Positions 26,045 through 38,350 of a stretch of DNA of 64,000 nucleotides are shown here, one piece after another. Within the stretch, counting starts at the first letter, position 1, and each line of letters opens with the position of its first letter. The notes under the pieces were generated by a model. That model did no database searches, was not told the origin of the DNA, and saw only the letters and a list, made by a program, of their open reading frames with translations. The position numbers and the translations under genes are program-made. This DNA is from Octopus bimaculoides (taxonomy: Eukaryota): positions 24,188,325 through 24,252,324 of the forward strand of contig NC_068984.1 of assembly GCF_001194135.2 (NCBI RefSeq). The letters run 5' to 3'.

Positions 26045-26383
26045 TTGCTGAGACCTCCTTCAGTTATGACTGACCATGGGATTGCACCTAGAAAGTTACC
26101 CTCGCAGGCACAAGTCCAGGCAAGGTTGTTTATGGAAGACCAGCAGTCGCCCATGCATACCGGCCTCCCTTCTCCATGTCACCAGTGTTATCCAAGGGAA
26201 AGGCAAAGGCCGATAAAGCTTGGCACCTGTGACATCGCAACTCATTTCTACAGCTGAGTGAACTGGAGCAACGTAAGATAAAGTGTTTTGCTCAAGAACA
26301 CAACACGCAGCCCAGTCCGGGATTCGAACCCACAACCTCACAATCGTAAGCTCGACGCTCTAACCACTGAGCCATGTGCCTTC
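26045..26383 (-). mobile_element. tRNA-headed SINE (family C), near intact
   Basis: Head with A/B-box-like 'tggctcagtggttagagcg...gggttcgaatccc'. Flanked by atgagagagag (26034-26044 and 26384-26394). Confidence 0.85.
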
Positions 26384-26467
26384 ATGAGAGAGAGAGGGAG
26401 AGAGAGAGAGAGAGAGAGAGAGCACAAAACAGATAAATAAATAGATAAATATATATAAATATATACA

Positions 26468-26800
26468 GGAGTGGCTGTCTGGCAAGAAGCTTGCTTCCCA
26501 ACCACATGGTTGCGGGTTCAGTCCCACTGCATGGTACTTTGGGCTGACCAAAGCCTTGTGAGTGGATTTGGTAGATGGAGACTGAAAGAAGCCCACTGTG
26601 TTTGTCCCCACAACCATTGCTTGACAACCAATGTTGGTGTGTTTACTTCCCCGTAATCTAGCAGTTCAGCAAAATAGACCAATAGAATACGTACTAGGCT
26701 TACAAAGAATAAGTCCTGGGGTCAATTTATTCAACTAAAGGTGATGCTCCAGCATGGCCACAATCAAATGACTGATACAAGTAAAAGAGTAAAAGAATAT
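26468..26800 (+). mobile_element. SINE family A
   Basis: Colinear with 31995-32412, ends in the 'gtaaaagagtaaaagaat' tail. Confidence 0.9.
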
Positions 26801-27379
26801 GTAAATAGATAGATAGACAGATAAATAGATAGATAGATAGGAAAACACGCATGCACACACACACACACACACACAAACAAACAAACAAACAAATGGAAAC
26901 CTGTTATCTCATCAGAAATGTTTAAAATCCAAGACACACTCATTTTGATACAAAACTGAATTTCAATGTAACTAGAGTTTACAGTTACATTACAGGTTAG
27001 CTCTGGTCCTCAGGCTTATGAGTGTCATTTTTTTAATGTTACTTTTAACTTCAATGCCATTTGTATTTGTCTATATGTGAGTGTATACATATAAGCATTA
27101 CATTTTCGTGAGAAAAGGAAGGGTGGCACCTATAACCTTTCGAAACTCTCATCCTGCTACAATGAGACAGAACAATTCCCTTTATCTTCTTCACAGATAA
27201 AAAACATCACATCATTTAACAATAACGCTGGCACCATATCCAGAAAAGGTTCATCCTTTGTCTGTTTAATTTGGCTGCATTTGGAATAAAGATTGGCTTT
27301 TACTATGTGCTGTAATTCCCAGAAGCATTTTAACAGTCATTATCACTCGAACAATCTTGTTGGTGTTGTTTAGCTTCAG

Positions 27380-28170
27380 GTCAGCACTGATCAAACAGAT
27401 CTATAAACAAAGGCATTCCTACCTCAAGCATTTTTTATTTCTTACTGGTTTCACTCATTGGAATATGGCCATGCTGGAGATACTGCATTGATGGGTTTAG
27501 TCAAACAAATCAACACAAGTCCTTGTTTTTAAGCCAAGTACTTATTTTATTGTTCTCTTCCTGAACCACTCAGTTACTAGGACATAAACAAACTAACCGT
27601 TGTCAAGCAGTGGTGGGGAACAAACACACACACACACACACACAATGGGCTTTCACTCAGTTTCTGTCTATCAATTTCACTCACAATGCATTAGTTAGCC
27701 CAGGGCTATAGCAGAAGATGTGGAGGCGCAATGGCCCAGTGGTTAGGGCAGCGGACTCGCGGTTTCAATTCCCAGACCAGACGTTGTGAGTGTTTATTGA
27801 GCGAAATCACCTAAAGCTCCACGAGGCTCTGGCAGGGGATGGTGGCGAACCCTGCTGTACTCTTTCACCACAACTTTCTCTCACTCTTACTTCCTGTTTC
27901 TGTTGTGCCTGTAATTCAAAGGGTCAGCCATGTCACACTGTGTCACGCTGAATAACCCCGAGAACTATGTTAAGGGTACACGTGTCTGTGGTGTGCTCAG
28001 CCACTTGCACGTTAATTTCACGAGCAGGCTGTTCCGTTGATCGGATCAACTGGAACCCTCAACGTCATAAGCAGAAGACACTTGCCCAAATCGCTGAGCA
28101 GTGGAACTAAATCCCAAAACTACATGGTTACAAAGCAAGCTTCTTACCGACATAGCCATACCTGTACCCA
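27380..28170 (-). mobile_element. SINE family A interrupted by a nested tRNA-headed SINE
   Basis: Host motif 'ggctatagcagaaga|cacttgccc' is split at 27718/28070. Confidence 0.75.
27719..28069 (+). mobile_element. Young tRNA-headed SINE with 9-bp TSD
   Basis: agcagaaga at 27710-27718 and 28070-28078. Head 'ggaggcgcaatggcccagtggttagggcagcggactcgc', CpG-rich. Confidence 0.85.
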
Positions 28171-28869
28171 TATGTTCTTTCATTCTTTTCTTTTTAGATG
28201 GTATCATCCCGTTATTAGAGGAAAATTTGGCTGCTGCTTCTTGAAGATTACATAGAGGTTTTCTCACTGGATCATCTTATGTGTGTGTATGTGTATGTGT
28301 GAAGATGTGTATGTGTGCATACCATACAATATTAAACATTAACATACATCAACAAAAATTGAAGATGTGAAAATAAAATAAACCAACAAGAAGAACCAAT
28401 CCACACATCGCTTTGTTTCCATGCTGGGATTTATATCACAGTGAGTTAGCATTTCTCATCCACCCAAATTAGGTATAAAAGCCTAACAACTAGAGTAAGT
28501 GACAAATAACTTGATACCATTCTCACATATCTTATCTAGAATTTGTCAGCAACCTATTTATGAAGAGTTTTTTCTAATCCAAATAGCCCAGTAACCAAGA
28601 TATGTGAGGTTTAATTCACTGTCATTGGGGTTCGTTGTTCTTTCATAATCTGAAATTGTTGTTTGTAAATGAATCATACTCAAGATTGTTTATATTTGAA
28701 ATTGTAATACTGCACTCTATAATTTAGTTATTTTTACATTCTATCAGAAGTCAGAGAAAAACTAAAGATCACAGAGTATAAACAATTATTATCTTAATGC
28801 TAATCTTAATCAAGACATACAATCTCATAAAATAACACTGGACACTGCCAACGTCTCCCCCAATGGATA

Positions 28870-29292
28870 TTAAACTCTGCTTGCGAAGACCTGTTGGGGC
28901 AAGCGAAAGTGAAATCATGATGGCACCACCGTTCGAGCGTGATTGTTACCAGCGTCGCCTTCCTGGCACTTGTGCCAGTGGCACGTGAAAAGTCATTCCA
29001 GTCAGATCGTTGCCAGTGCCGCTAGACTGGCTCCTGTGCAGGTGGCATGTAAAATACACCATTTTGTGCGTGGCCGTTGCCAGTACCGCCTGACTGGCCT
29101 TCGTTCCGGTGGAACGTAAAAGCACCCACTACACTCTCGGAGTGGTTGGCGTTAGGAAGGGCATCCAGCTGTAGAAACTCTGCCAAATCAGATTGGTGCC
29201 TGGTGCAGCCTTCTGTCTTGCCTGTCCTCAGTCAAATCGTCCAACCCATGCTAGCATGGAAAGCGGACGTTAAATGATGATGATGATGATGA
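28870..29292 (+). mobile_element. RTE-LINE 3' end with tandem 3'-UTR modules
   Basis: Repeated 'gttgccagt..gactggc..gtg..gtggca..gtaaaa' units, then the common tail and (gat)n. Confidence 0.85.
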
Positions 29293-29719
29293 TCTTTAAC
29301 TCCTTTAACCGCGGAAATCAGATACATCCATTCAAAATTTCATTACCCTTAACTGCGGTTTTATATACTAACCTATCTTTTGTTGTAAAATATCATGTTT
29401 TTTGTTGAACTATTTTTTGTTGAAATATGTCAAGTTTATTGAAGCAATGGAATTCTATTTTTTGGTAGGTATTTAACATCATTACTAGAATAACCATGAA
29501 ATTTCATTTCGCAGTTAAAGGATTAAGCTAAAAAAAAAGACGGAATGTGTACATATCAAAAAATAACATGATTTGCTATGCACTACATCATTTTTATATA
29601 TACATTTACATTCTTTTATTTTTTATTTCTTGTTACCTGTTTCATTCAGTGGACTGTAGCCAGTGTGGAGCAGCAAACTTATTCATAGATTCCAACCTTG
29701 ATTCCATCCCACATTTAAT

Positions 29720-30275
29720 ATATCTTTGTTTTACTCTTTTACTTGTTTCAGTCATTTGACTGTGGCCATGCTAGAGCACTGCCTTTAAGTCGAGCAAATC
29801 AACCCCAGGACTTATTCTATCGGTGTCTCTTTTGCCAAACCGCTAGGTTACAGTAATGTAAACACACCATCATCGGTTGTCAAGTGATGTTGGGGGGACA
29901 AACACAGACCCAAACATATACACACACATAGACATATATATATATATATANNNNNNNNNNNNNNNNNNNNNNNNNNNNNNNNNNNNNNNNNNNNNNNNNN
30001 NNNNNNNNNNNNNNNNNNNNNNNNNNNNNNNNNNNNNNNNNNNNNNNNNNNNNNNNNNNNNNNNNNNNNNNNNNNNNNNNNNNNNNNNNNNNNNNNNNNN
30101 NNNACACACATATATACGATAGGCTTCTTTCAGTTTCCGTCTACCAAATCCACTCACAAGGCTTTGGTCGGCCTGAGGCTATAGTAGAAGACACTTGCCT
30201 AAGGTGTTATGCAGTGGGACTGAACCTGGAACCATGTAGTTGGTAAGCAAGCTACTTACCACACAGCCACTCCTA
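29720..30275 (-). mobile_element. SINE family A spanning a gap
   Basis: Reverse complement of the family A consensus seen at 31995-32412. Confidence 0.85.
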
Positions 30276-30329
30276 CACCTAAATTGTTCATGGCAGCGGT
30301 GGGATTATATATATATTTTTTGATTTAAA

Positions 30330-30610
30330 CACTGGCATCATGTAAAAAGACATTCATACCAGTGCCATGTGAAAAAAACACCTAAGTCAGTATTACATAT
30401 AAAGACACCCACGCTGGTGCCACATAAAAAGCACCCGGCACACTCTGTAAAGTGATTGACATAAGGAAGGGCATCCAGTTGTAGAAACAATGCCAAAACA
30501 GAAGACTGGAACCTGGAGCAGCCCTCTGGGTTGCCAGCTCCTATCAATCCATCCAACCCATGCCAGCATGGAAAACAGATCTTAAATGATGTTGCTTCTG
30601 ATGATGATCT
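30330..30610 (+). mobile_element. RTE-LINE 3' UTR, older subfamily
   Basis: Short 'gccatgtgaaaaa' type modules then 'gggcatccagttgtagaaac...ccagcatggaaaacagatcttaaatgatg'. Confidence 0.7.
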
Positions 30611-30723
30611 CGACAGTACTCAGCTGAATTCAAGTGGAGCCCCCTCTCCCTCAAACAGCCAGAGTTTGGTGTATTGCAGGCTCAAAGGGTAGGAGAGTAA
30701 GAAAGGCATCTATGTCTGCTTAC

Positions 30724-30737
30724 CACTACATCAGCAC
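30724..30737 (-). CDS. Candidate 14-nt microexon ((G)ADVV)
   Basis: tttattgagtctgttttag|GTGCTGATGTAGTG|gtaagc. Only the phase-1 entry frame is stop-free. Confidence 0.25.
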
Positions 30738-31038
30738 CTAAAACAGACTCAATAAAAGCAAGGTTTATATTCTCAAGCCATACTTGCTCGTGGGTGATAA
30801 CTAGCCTTTGGTCTCTGACCTTCACAGGTGCTTATAAAACATAAACTCAAATGAATCCTCTCGGCACAGATAGAACTGACTTAAACCCTTATGAATCCAG
30901 CCACTACTCTCTTCTCTTTCTTTACTTTCTGAAATATTAGTTATCTTATTTTTTTTTATGTTATAAATATATATTTTTATCTTAAATTTTGTTGACTTTG
31001 AAAGTTATCATTCAATTGAACTAAGGGAAGCAACTCAC

Positions 31039-31072
31039 CAACTCCAGATCTAATTATCCTCCCTACACTATG
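31039..31072 (-). CDS. Candidate 34-nt exon (HSVGRIIRSGV)
   Basis: ctttgcttcctgtcatgtgcag| ... ttg|gtgagt. Phase-1 exit is compatible with 30724-30737. Confidence 0.25.
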
Positions 31073-31229
31073 CTGCACATGACAGGAAGCAAAGATTCCA
31101 AAATGGCTCCCAAAAGGTCTATATGTATGCATTTTGGTTGTCTGATGATCGTCATGAACATCTCTATCAGAGACAATACATAACCACCCAGTGAAACTCT
31201 GAGTAATGACATTACAAGTCCCGGAAACT

Positions 31230-31904
31230 CTCTCCCTCTCTATTATACATATATTATCCTCATCATCATCATCATCACCATCACCATTACCATCACCATC
31301 ATCATCGTCATTTAATGTCCACATTCCTTGCTAGCATGGGTTAGACAGCTTGATAGGATCCAGTGAACCACAAGGCCACATCAGGCTCGAATGTCAGCTT
31401 TGGCATGGTTTCTATGGCTGGATGCCCTTCCTAATGCCAACCACTTTACAGAGTGTAACAGGTGCCTTTTTTGTGTGCCACTGGCCCAGTTGAGGTTGGC
31501 AAATAACTTGCAAGATTGAAAAAGAATAAGAAGGAAAGGGAAAAGCTCCCACTACTAAATGGGGAGTTGTTGAGAGACAAAGATTTCTTTATGCTGAATG
31601 CTGAAAGGCTAAAGTAAGATAGAGTAAGGCTAAAGCATGAGTGTATTACTATAGAGGAGATACATTGCTACCCCCTATTATATACATAGGTGGGAGTAGT
31701 TGAGAAAGAAATAACAGGAAGGTAGTGATGGCATACCAGAGAAAACCCTCAAAGAACAAGAAGGTGCACATAAGAGAATATACGGTCAGTGGGTCATGAG
31801 AGGTGAAGAGAGGGCGGGTGCTTTCAAGGAATATGAGATAGGGGTTAGACAGTGAAAGATGGGGTGGAGGTGAACATAGAGATGAAGAACAAGGATGTAG
31901 ATGA
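31230..31904 (-). mobile_element. RTE-type 3' fragment flanked by a ~40-bp direct repeat
   Basis: (cat)n tail near 31260 and tail motif to about 31480. Direct repeats at 31189-31229 and 31905-31943. Confidence 0.6.
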
Positions 31905-31939
31905 CAGTGAAACTCTGAGTAATGATTACCAGTCCTGGA

Positions 31940-31994
<55 letters not shown>

Positions 31995-31998
<4 letters not shown>

Positions 31999-32146
31999 TG
32001 TGTGGTAAGTAGCTTACTTACGAACCACATGGTTCCGGGTTCAGTCCCACTGCGTGGCACCTTGGGCAAGTGTCTTCTTCTATAGCCTTGGGCCGACCAA
32101 AGACTTGTGAGTGGATTTGGTAGATGGAAACTGAAAGAAGCCTGTC

Positions 32147-32184
<38 letters not shown>

Positions 32185-32412
32185 GTGTGTGTATATGTTT
32201 GTGTGTCTGTGTTTGTCCCCCCAACATCACTTGACATCTGATGGTGGTGTGTTTACGTCCCTGTAACTTAGCAGTTTGGCAAATAGGTCCGATAGAATAA
32301 GTACTAGGCTTACAAAGAATAAGTCCTGGGGTTGATTGCTTGACTAAAGGCGGTGCTCCAGCATGGCCACAGTCAAATGACTGAAACAAGTAAAAGTAAA
32401 AGAGTAAAAGAA
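31995..32412 (+). mobile_element. SINE family A, full-length young copy
   Basis: 'ggctgtgtggtaagtagcttacttacgaaccacatggttccgggttcagtcccactgcgtggcacc...' to 'gaaacaagtaaaagtaaaagagtaaaagaat'. Confidence 0.95.
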
Positions 32413-32459
32413 TACACACGCACACACACACATACATTTACAAATATATTTATAAATAT

Positions 32460-32670
32460 ATGGTGTCACATAAAAAGTACCTAGAACATTTTGTAAAGTA
32501 GTTGGTGCTAAGAAGGGCATCTAGCCATAGAAACCATACCAAAACAGACAACTGGAGCCTACTGCAGCTCTCTGGTTTGCCAGCTCCAGTTAAACCGTCC
32601 AACCCATGCCACCATGGAAAATGGACATTAGATGATGATGATGATGATGACGATGATGATGATGATGATG
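32460..32670 (+). mobile_element. RTE-LINE 3' tail
   Basis: 'aagggcatctagcc...ccaccatggaaaatggacattagat(gat)n'. Confidence 0.8.
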
Positions 32671-32672
32671 AA

Positions 32673-32715
<43 letters not shown>

Positions 32716-32879
32716 ATAGGAGTTAAAAGTAGCTCAAGGGATATAAACAATATCAAACACACACACACAAAGTATGTTTTACCAGTTTGTGGGTAGGCTG
32801 TGCTTATAGGAATAAGAGAATATATTCTCTTATGCCTATAAACACAGCCTATCAATGAACTAGCAAAACACATACCTTC

Positions 32880-32932
<53 letters not shown>

Positions 32933-32936
<4 letters not shown>

Positions 32937-34290
32937 TCATCATCATCATCATCATTTAATGTCCATTGTCCATGCTGGCATGGGTTGGACGGTTTGACCA
33001 GGGCTGGCAAGCTGGAAGGCTGCACCAGACTCCAGTCTGATTTGGCATGGTTTCTATGGCTGGATGCCCTTCCTAACACCAACCACTCCAAGTGTGTAAT
33101 GGGTGTTTTTATGTGCCACCAGCACATAACATTGATATCTGCCACAACTGCAATTTTTCTCAGTTTGATGGGTCTTCTCAAACAAGGCATAATGCCAAAG
33201 GTCTCGGTCATTGCTTCCAAGAATCCCAACACTCAAAAGGAACTTAGCCACTTTGCCTCCGTGAGGCTCAATGCTCAAAAGGTGCTCTTTACGCTCCACC
33301 GGCATGGATGTCAGCTACATGACACCAGCATCAGGCACGACTATGATTTCACTTGGCTTGATGGGTCTTCTGAAGCACAGCATATTGCCAAAGGTCTCAG
33401 CCACTAGCCATTGCCCCTGTGAGGCTCAAAGTTCAAAGATCATGCTTCACCACCTCATTCCACGTCTTCCTAAGCCTACCTCTGCCATAGGTGCCCTCCA
33501 CAGTTAGAGATTGGCAATTTTTTACATAGCTGTCCTTGTCCATATGCATCACATGACCATACCAGTGCAGTCATCTCTCTTGCACACCACATCTGATGCC
33601 TTTTATGCCTAATTTTTCTCTGAAGATGCTTACACTCAGTTGAACATGCACACTGACATTGCACATCCAGTGAAGCATATTGGCTTCATTTCTTTCAAGC
33701 TTACGCATGTCCTCAGCTATCACAACCCATGTTTCACTGCCATGTAGCACAGCTGTTCACACACAAGCATCATAGAATCTGTCTTTCACTGTGAGAGATA
33801 GGACCTTTGTTACCAGTAGAGGTAGGATCTCTCTGAACTTTGCCCACCCTAATCTTATCCTCACAGCTATGCTCTCAGAGCATCCATCTCTGCTACTAAC
33901 TTGGTCACCTAGATGACGGAAGCTATCTACAACCTCTAGCTTTCCCCACTGGTAGTTGATGGAATCTATTTTCTGCACATTTTCAGTGTTTATTGTACCT
34001 GTGGATCTTCCACATACAAAAGCTATTTTCCCTGTTAGCCTTCCTCTGATATTGTTGCACCTTTCATGAGTCCAAAGCTTACACAAGATCCATCTTAAGA
34101 AGTTTCTACCTATGCCTTTTCTACAGATTGAGCAGGGTCATCTACCTGAAGGGATTTGTAATTTGACTACCTTCCTACATACTAAGACTTCGGTTTTTGC
34201 TACGTTAACTATAAGGCCTTTTGATTCTAGACCTTGTTTCCATACCTGGAACTTTTCTTGTTCTGGTAGTGATTCAACAATAAGAGCAAG
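32933..34290 (-). mobile_element. 5'-truncated RTE LINE (RT C-terminal half plus 3' UTR)
   Basis: Minus translation: ADDLALIVESLPEQEKFQVWKQGLESKGLIVNVAKTEVL...PCSICRKGIGRN...CKLWTHERC...LEVVDSFRHLGDQ...RIRLGWAKFRE...LTVEGTYGRGRLRKTW, then the (gat)n tail. Confidence 0.9.
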
Positions 34291-34339
34291 GTCATCAGCA
34301 TCCCTTCCTAATCACTCAATTGCAGGAGAAGTACTTTAT

Positions 34340-34870
34340 TAGGAATAAGTCCCTGTGCTTAGCATTAGTCAACCTAGAGAGGGTCTGTGATGGAATCCCA
34401 TGCTCAGTATTCTGATGGTTGCTAAAGAAACTAGTGACCAATGAATGGCTTGTGGGAACTGTGCAAGCCATGAGCAGTGGTGTAATTTGCAAGGTGAGAG
34501 TTAGCAATGAGTTTAGCACACAGCTAGGGGTCTGTCAGGGCTCGATTTTCAGTACCCTTCTGTTTATGAATCCCTTAGGCCATATCAAAGGAATTTAAGA
34601 TTGGCTGTCCACAGAATTTCCCATGTGATGATGATCTTAGTTCTAACTAAATTTGAAGTAATTTTAGAGAAGAAATCCTAGTTACAGAAGCAAAACATGG
34701 GAAGAGGCTTCAATGTAAACTCATCAAAGATTACAGTTTTAGGAAATAGAGGGGGAAAAAAAATCCCTGTTACTATCAGGGAAAAGATCATGCTCTATGT
34801 ACAGAAAAGGAGTGGGTCAAAATTCCATATAATGTACCAAGTATAAACTATAGACACACAAAAGCTGTGT
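34340..34870 (+). mobile_element. RTE LINE RT fragment, opposite orientation
   Basis: Decayed 'L.NLERVCDGIP', GVCQGSIFSTLLFM (GVHQGSVLSPLLF-like) at about 34528, CDDDL (YADDL-like) and a CS.YRKGVG zinc-finger relic. Confidence 0.8.
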
Positions 34871-34899
34871 GTGTGTGTTTGTGTGTGTGTGCATGAATG

Positions 34900-35640
34900 T
34901 ATGTATTTGCATTTCACAGCTGTTATGAACCTGTTAAACCTCCATCAGCTATCTTCCTTGCCTCTTTGATACCCTCTCATCTCTTTAGCAGCCGTCTTTA
35001 CCACTCATAACCTTTACTCTCTATCGCTCATCTTATCAATTATGATCTCACCCTCTCTCCTAGCCATTGCCCTATGCCACCCATGTAATTAGTGGGCATT
35101 GAACCTGTCTGGCACTCATTCTAGCTATGCTTACTCGACACCATGCCAGCCACCCACGTAATAAAAGAAGGTACTAGACCTATTCATATTCTACCACCAC
35201 CTCCTCCTCCTCCTACCAAGACACCTATGTATGAGTGATAGCATCATATCTATTTATATCCTATACACCTTACCATTACCCTTTTTGTGCTGCCAGCCAT
35301 CATTTCCTCTCCCCCAGGCAATCATTGTTGACATCTATTGATCTCTCTTGCTAATCCCATCTGTATTACCATCCATCACTATATATCTCTTGCTCACACT
35401 GGCAAACATCTGACTACCATTACTATCTCTCGTCCTTTATTTTCCATTTTGATACTGTCACTCTTCAATCACACATCTCTACCATCTCACTGTAATTATT
35501 TGTTTTCTCCCATCCTCCCTTGCTCATCTCATCCACTCATCTGGTCCTTCTGTCATTGCTTTCTTTGCTCTTTTCTATTTTTATATTCACTCTTTCTTAG
35601 TTACACCTTCTTGAAAGAATGGGGTCACTGCAGGGTCACA
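34900..35640 (+). mobile_element. Decayed CT-rich retroelement relic
   Basis: Pyrimidine-biased tract resembling the reverse complement of 500-1310 in character. No clean motif. Confidence 0.25.
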
Positions 35641-37099
35641 TTGACCTTTAGTCTTGTCAAGGACAAGACAACCTCACAAATGTCAGAACCATGACAGAAT
35701 ACTCCATAAAATGACTAATGTTAGGAAGAACATCCAACCACAGAAAACTTACCAAATTGGAGCACACAACAAAATGTGATCTCCCAACTCATCTAGAAGG
35801 ACAATATCTTGAAATAAGAACTGAATCTGACCATAACAATAATTCATTCTAGTAGAGAAAACAAATGCAAAATGATAATGATAGTGGTGGTGATGGTGGT
35901 GTGTGTATGTATTGTTAATTACATCATTGAATTACTGTTGAAGTATATTACTCTATTCAATCACCTTTTTCTATGTCCCTTCCCACTCACTCTCTGTACA
36001 TATATACATATATATATATATATAAAGAGAGAGAGAGAAATGGTTGAATATAAATATATACATACACATATATATAAATCCATATATCAATACACACGCA
36101 TATACATCCACACTCATTTACAGACTGGGTTTCTGCATCTACCAAATTACACTGACGAGGTATTGGCTAATCAAACACTAAAAAGACACCTGCCAAAACT
36201 ACAACATAATGAGACCACATAGCACCATATGGCTGCAAAGTGAACTCTTTCACCAAATGGCTATTGGAATTATAAACTCAAATATTTCTTATAGCAACAA
36301 ATCTGCAAACTCCTGAACTTCCATCAGGCTCAGGTGTATTTCCATTCAATGATTTATTAAAGTTAGTGTAAAGATGAAGCTACTAAACAGAAGATATTGT
36401 ACAGGCACAAGATTACATCTGGAAAATTTTAACAAACTAGATTTATTTAAAATGTCATACAGCAAGCATCCTTACCAAATAGTTCAGTGTGTGAAAGCAT
36501 ATTTGATATTTCAACAAATAAATTTCAATATATATGCTAAAAGTGTTATTATTATTGTTGAAGAATAATAAAATTGAGGTTATAACCCCAAAGTATTTTG
36601 TTGTTTTAGTGTGAATTTCTGAGATAAGAAATTAATATTATTATACACTGATATACTCTGGATAATGGAATAATGGGATAGTGAATATTAAGTGTCAGGT
36701 TGTATGCTATATACTGAGTAAACATGAGTTCAATCTCAGCCTCAGTCAGACATTGTACATTCTGGTTCATGTAGAACAAGCTAAAACCATTACAAATTAG
36801 GAAAATATCTAATATCTCAATTCATTTGTCCATACTAGGGACAAATGAATTGAGAACAACTTATTTCTGTGAAATTAATGATTTCAGTTTGAAATTCTAA
36901 GAGCATTTCCAAATAGGACAGGCACTTGGAGAAGGCCAGAGGATACAACCCAAGTAGGAAAGGCACTTGGGAAAAGACAAAGAATACAAGAACCAAAACA
37001 CTGAGATTTTAGAAAACAGGATGAAATGGTTTTAAAATATCAGTATATCAAATTTGTTTAGTTAAATTTTCAAAACTTTTATGTTTTAAGCAGAGGAAG

Positions 37100-38350
37100 A
37101 GAGCAACCAGTATGGTGTTAATGCAGGGTATCTGAGGCAGGTAAAATGAGAGCGAAGATCCAGCTATATCATATGTATGCTTACAGCAGAATGGATGCTA
37201 AAAAAAAAACCTCAAGGGTCAGCTGGTAGTTTTAAGCAAGGAATCACTGAATTGAAATTAAGACCAATAATAGCAGGTCTTAGATAACTCATTGAAGCTC
37301 TACTTAAAACATATAGAATTTTATTTGAGATGATCTAGATGATACTTAACCATTCACCTAAAACAACAAGGTGAAGTACAATTATGGAATCAGTGTGATT
37401 GGCTTGAAACAAACCAATTTGAGTTAAGATAATATACGAGAAAAAATATATATCATTGATGAACTGAAATTCATATTACAAAATAATTATTTCATATTCA
37501 ACAACTCAGTGTACTGATGGATATCAGGGACTGCAAATGGGTACAACAGTCACCCCAACTTATACCAACTTAGTGTTGAGTTTCCATAAAAAGAAAATAT
37601 ATGATTGATCTCTAAAAATATTTGGGAACACATTATTATAATATTTAAAAGGCAACAGGAAAACATATGCATGACTGTTTCATTTCATTTTATGGCAAGG
37701 TCATCTTGATATACTTATAGAATTTCAAAACTTTATTATCAGCATAAATCATATGAAATTAATCTACTATAAACTCACAAATTCAAAACAATATCTTTTT
37801 TTTTTACATTTTGTTATAATAAAATATTAAAAAAAAACATTTCCTTCAACATTGCAAAAAGAATTTGCATGATAATATTGAATCATGTGATCAAGGGCTG
37901 GATGAATTGAAAAACATACTTATTCAATGAGTATTTTCACTTAGTCTTAATTAAAAATGGAATACAAAAAGCAAAATGCATAAATATTCAAGATCTAAGT
38001 AAAGTAAAAAATAAAACTTAGACAAAATTTTTACAAGACCTATCAACATTCAACCCTAGAAATGTCAAAATATTTTACCATATTTATAAAAAACTTGCCT
38101 ATTTTATATGAAAATTTAAAAAAATGAAAAATGTTTTTGAAAGATAAGCAAATTACCAAAAGCAAAAAGGTGCACAAAACATAAGAATTTACTAACTTGA
38201 GCAAAATTTCATAAACAAATTTCTAACCAAACTGTTACAAAATGTGAAAGAATGAATTGTGCTACACGCTTATATTTCACTGAAGGCTCAGAGTTCAAGT
38301 TTAAGAATAGAAAAAAACTCTTTAACATGAAAGAGAGTTTTATCTGCAAC
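37100..38350 (+). mobile_element. Decayed Penelope-like RT relic
   Basis: KLRPIIAG at about 37255, LKFILQNNYFIF at about 37465, MGTTVTPTYTNLV at about 37537 and HDCFI (LDDCFI-like) at about 37670. Many frameshifts. Confidence 0.75.

Noticed and set aside
26290-26383. tRNA-like sequence (also 27721-27780, 40985-41060)
   Set aside because: These are SINE heads continuing into SINE bodies with TSDs. No complete cloverleaf or Pol III terminator.
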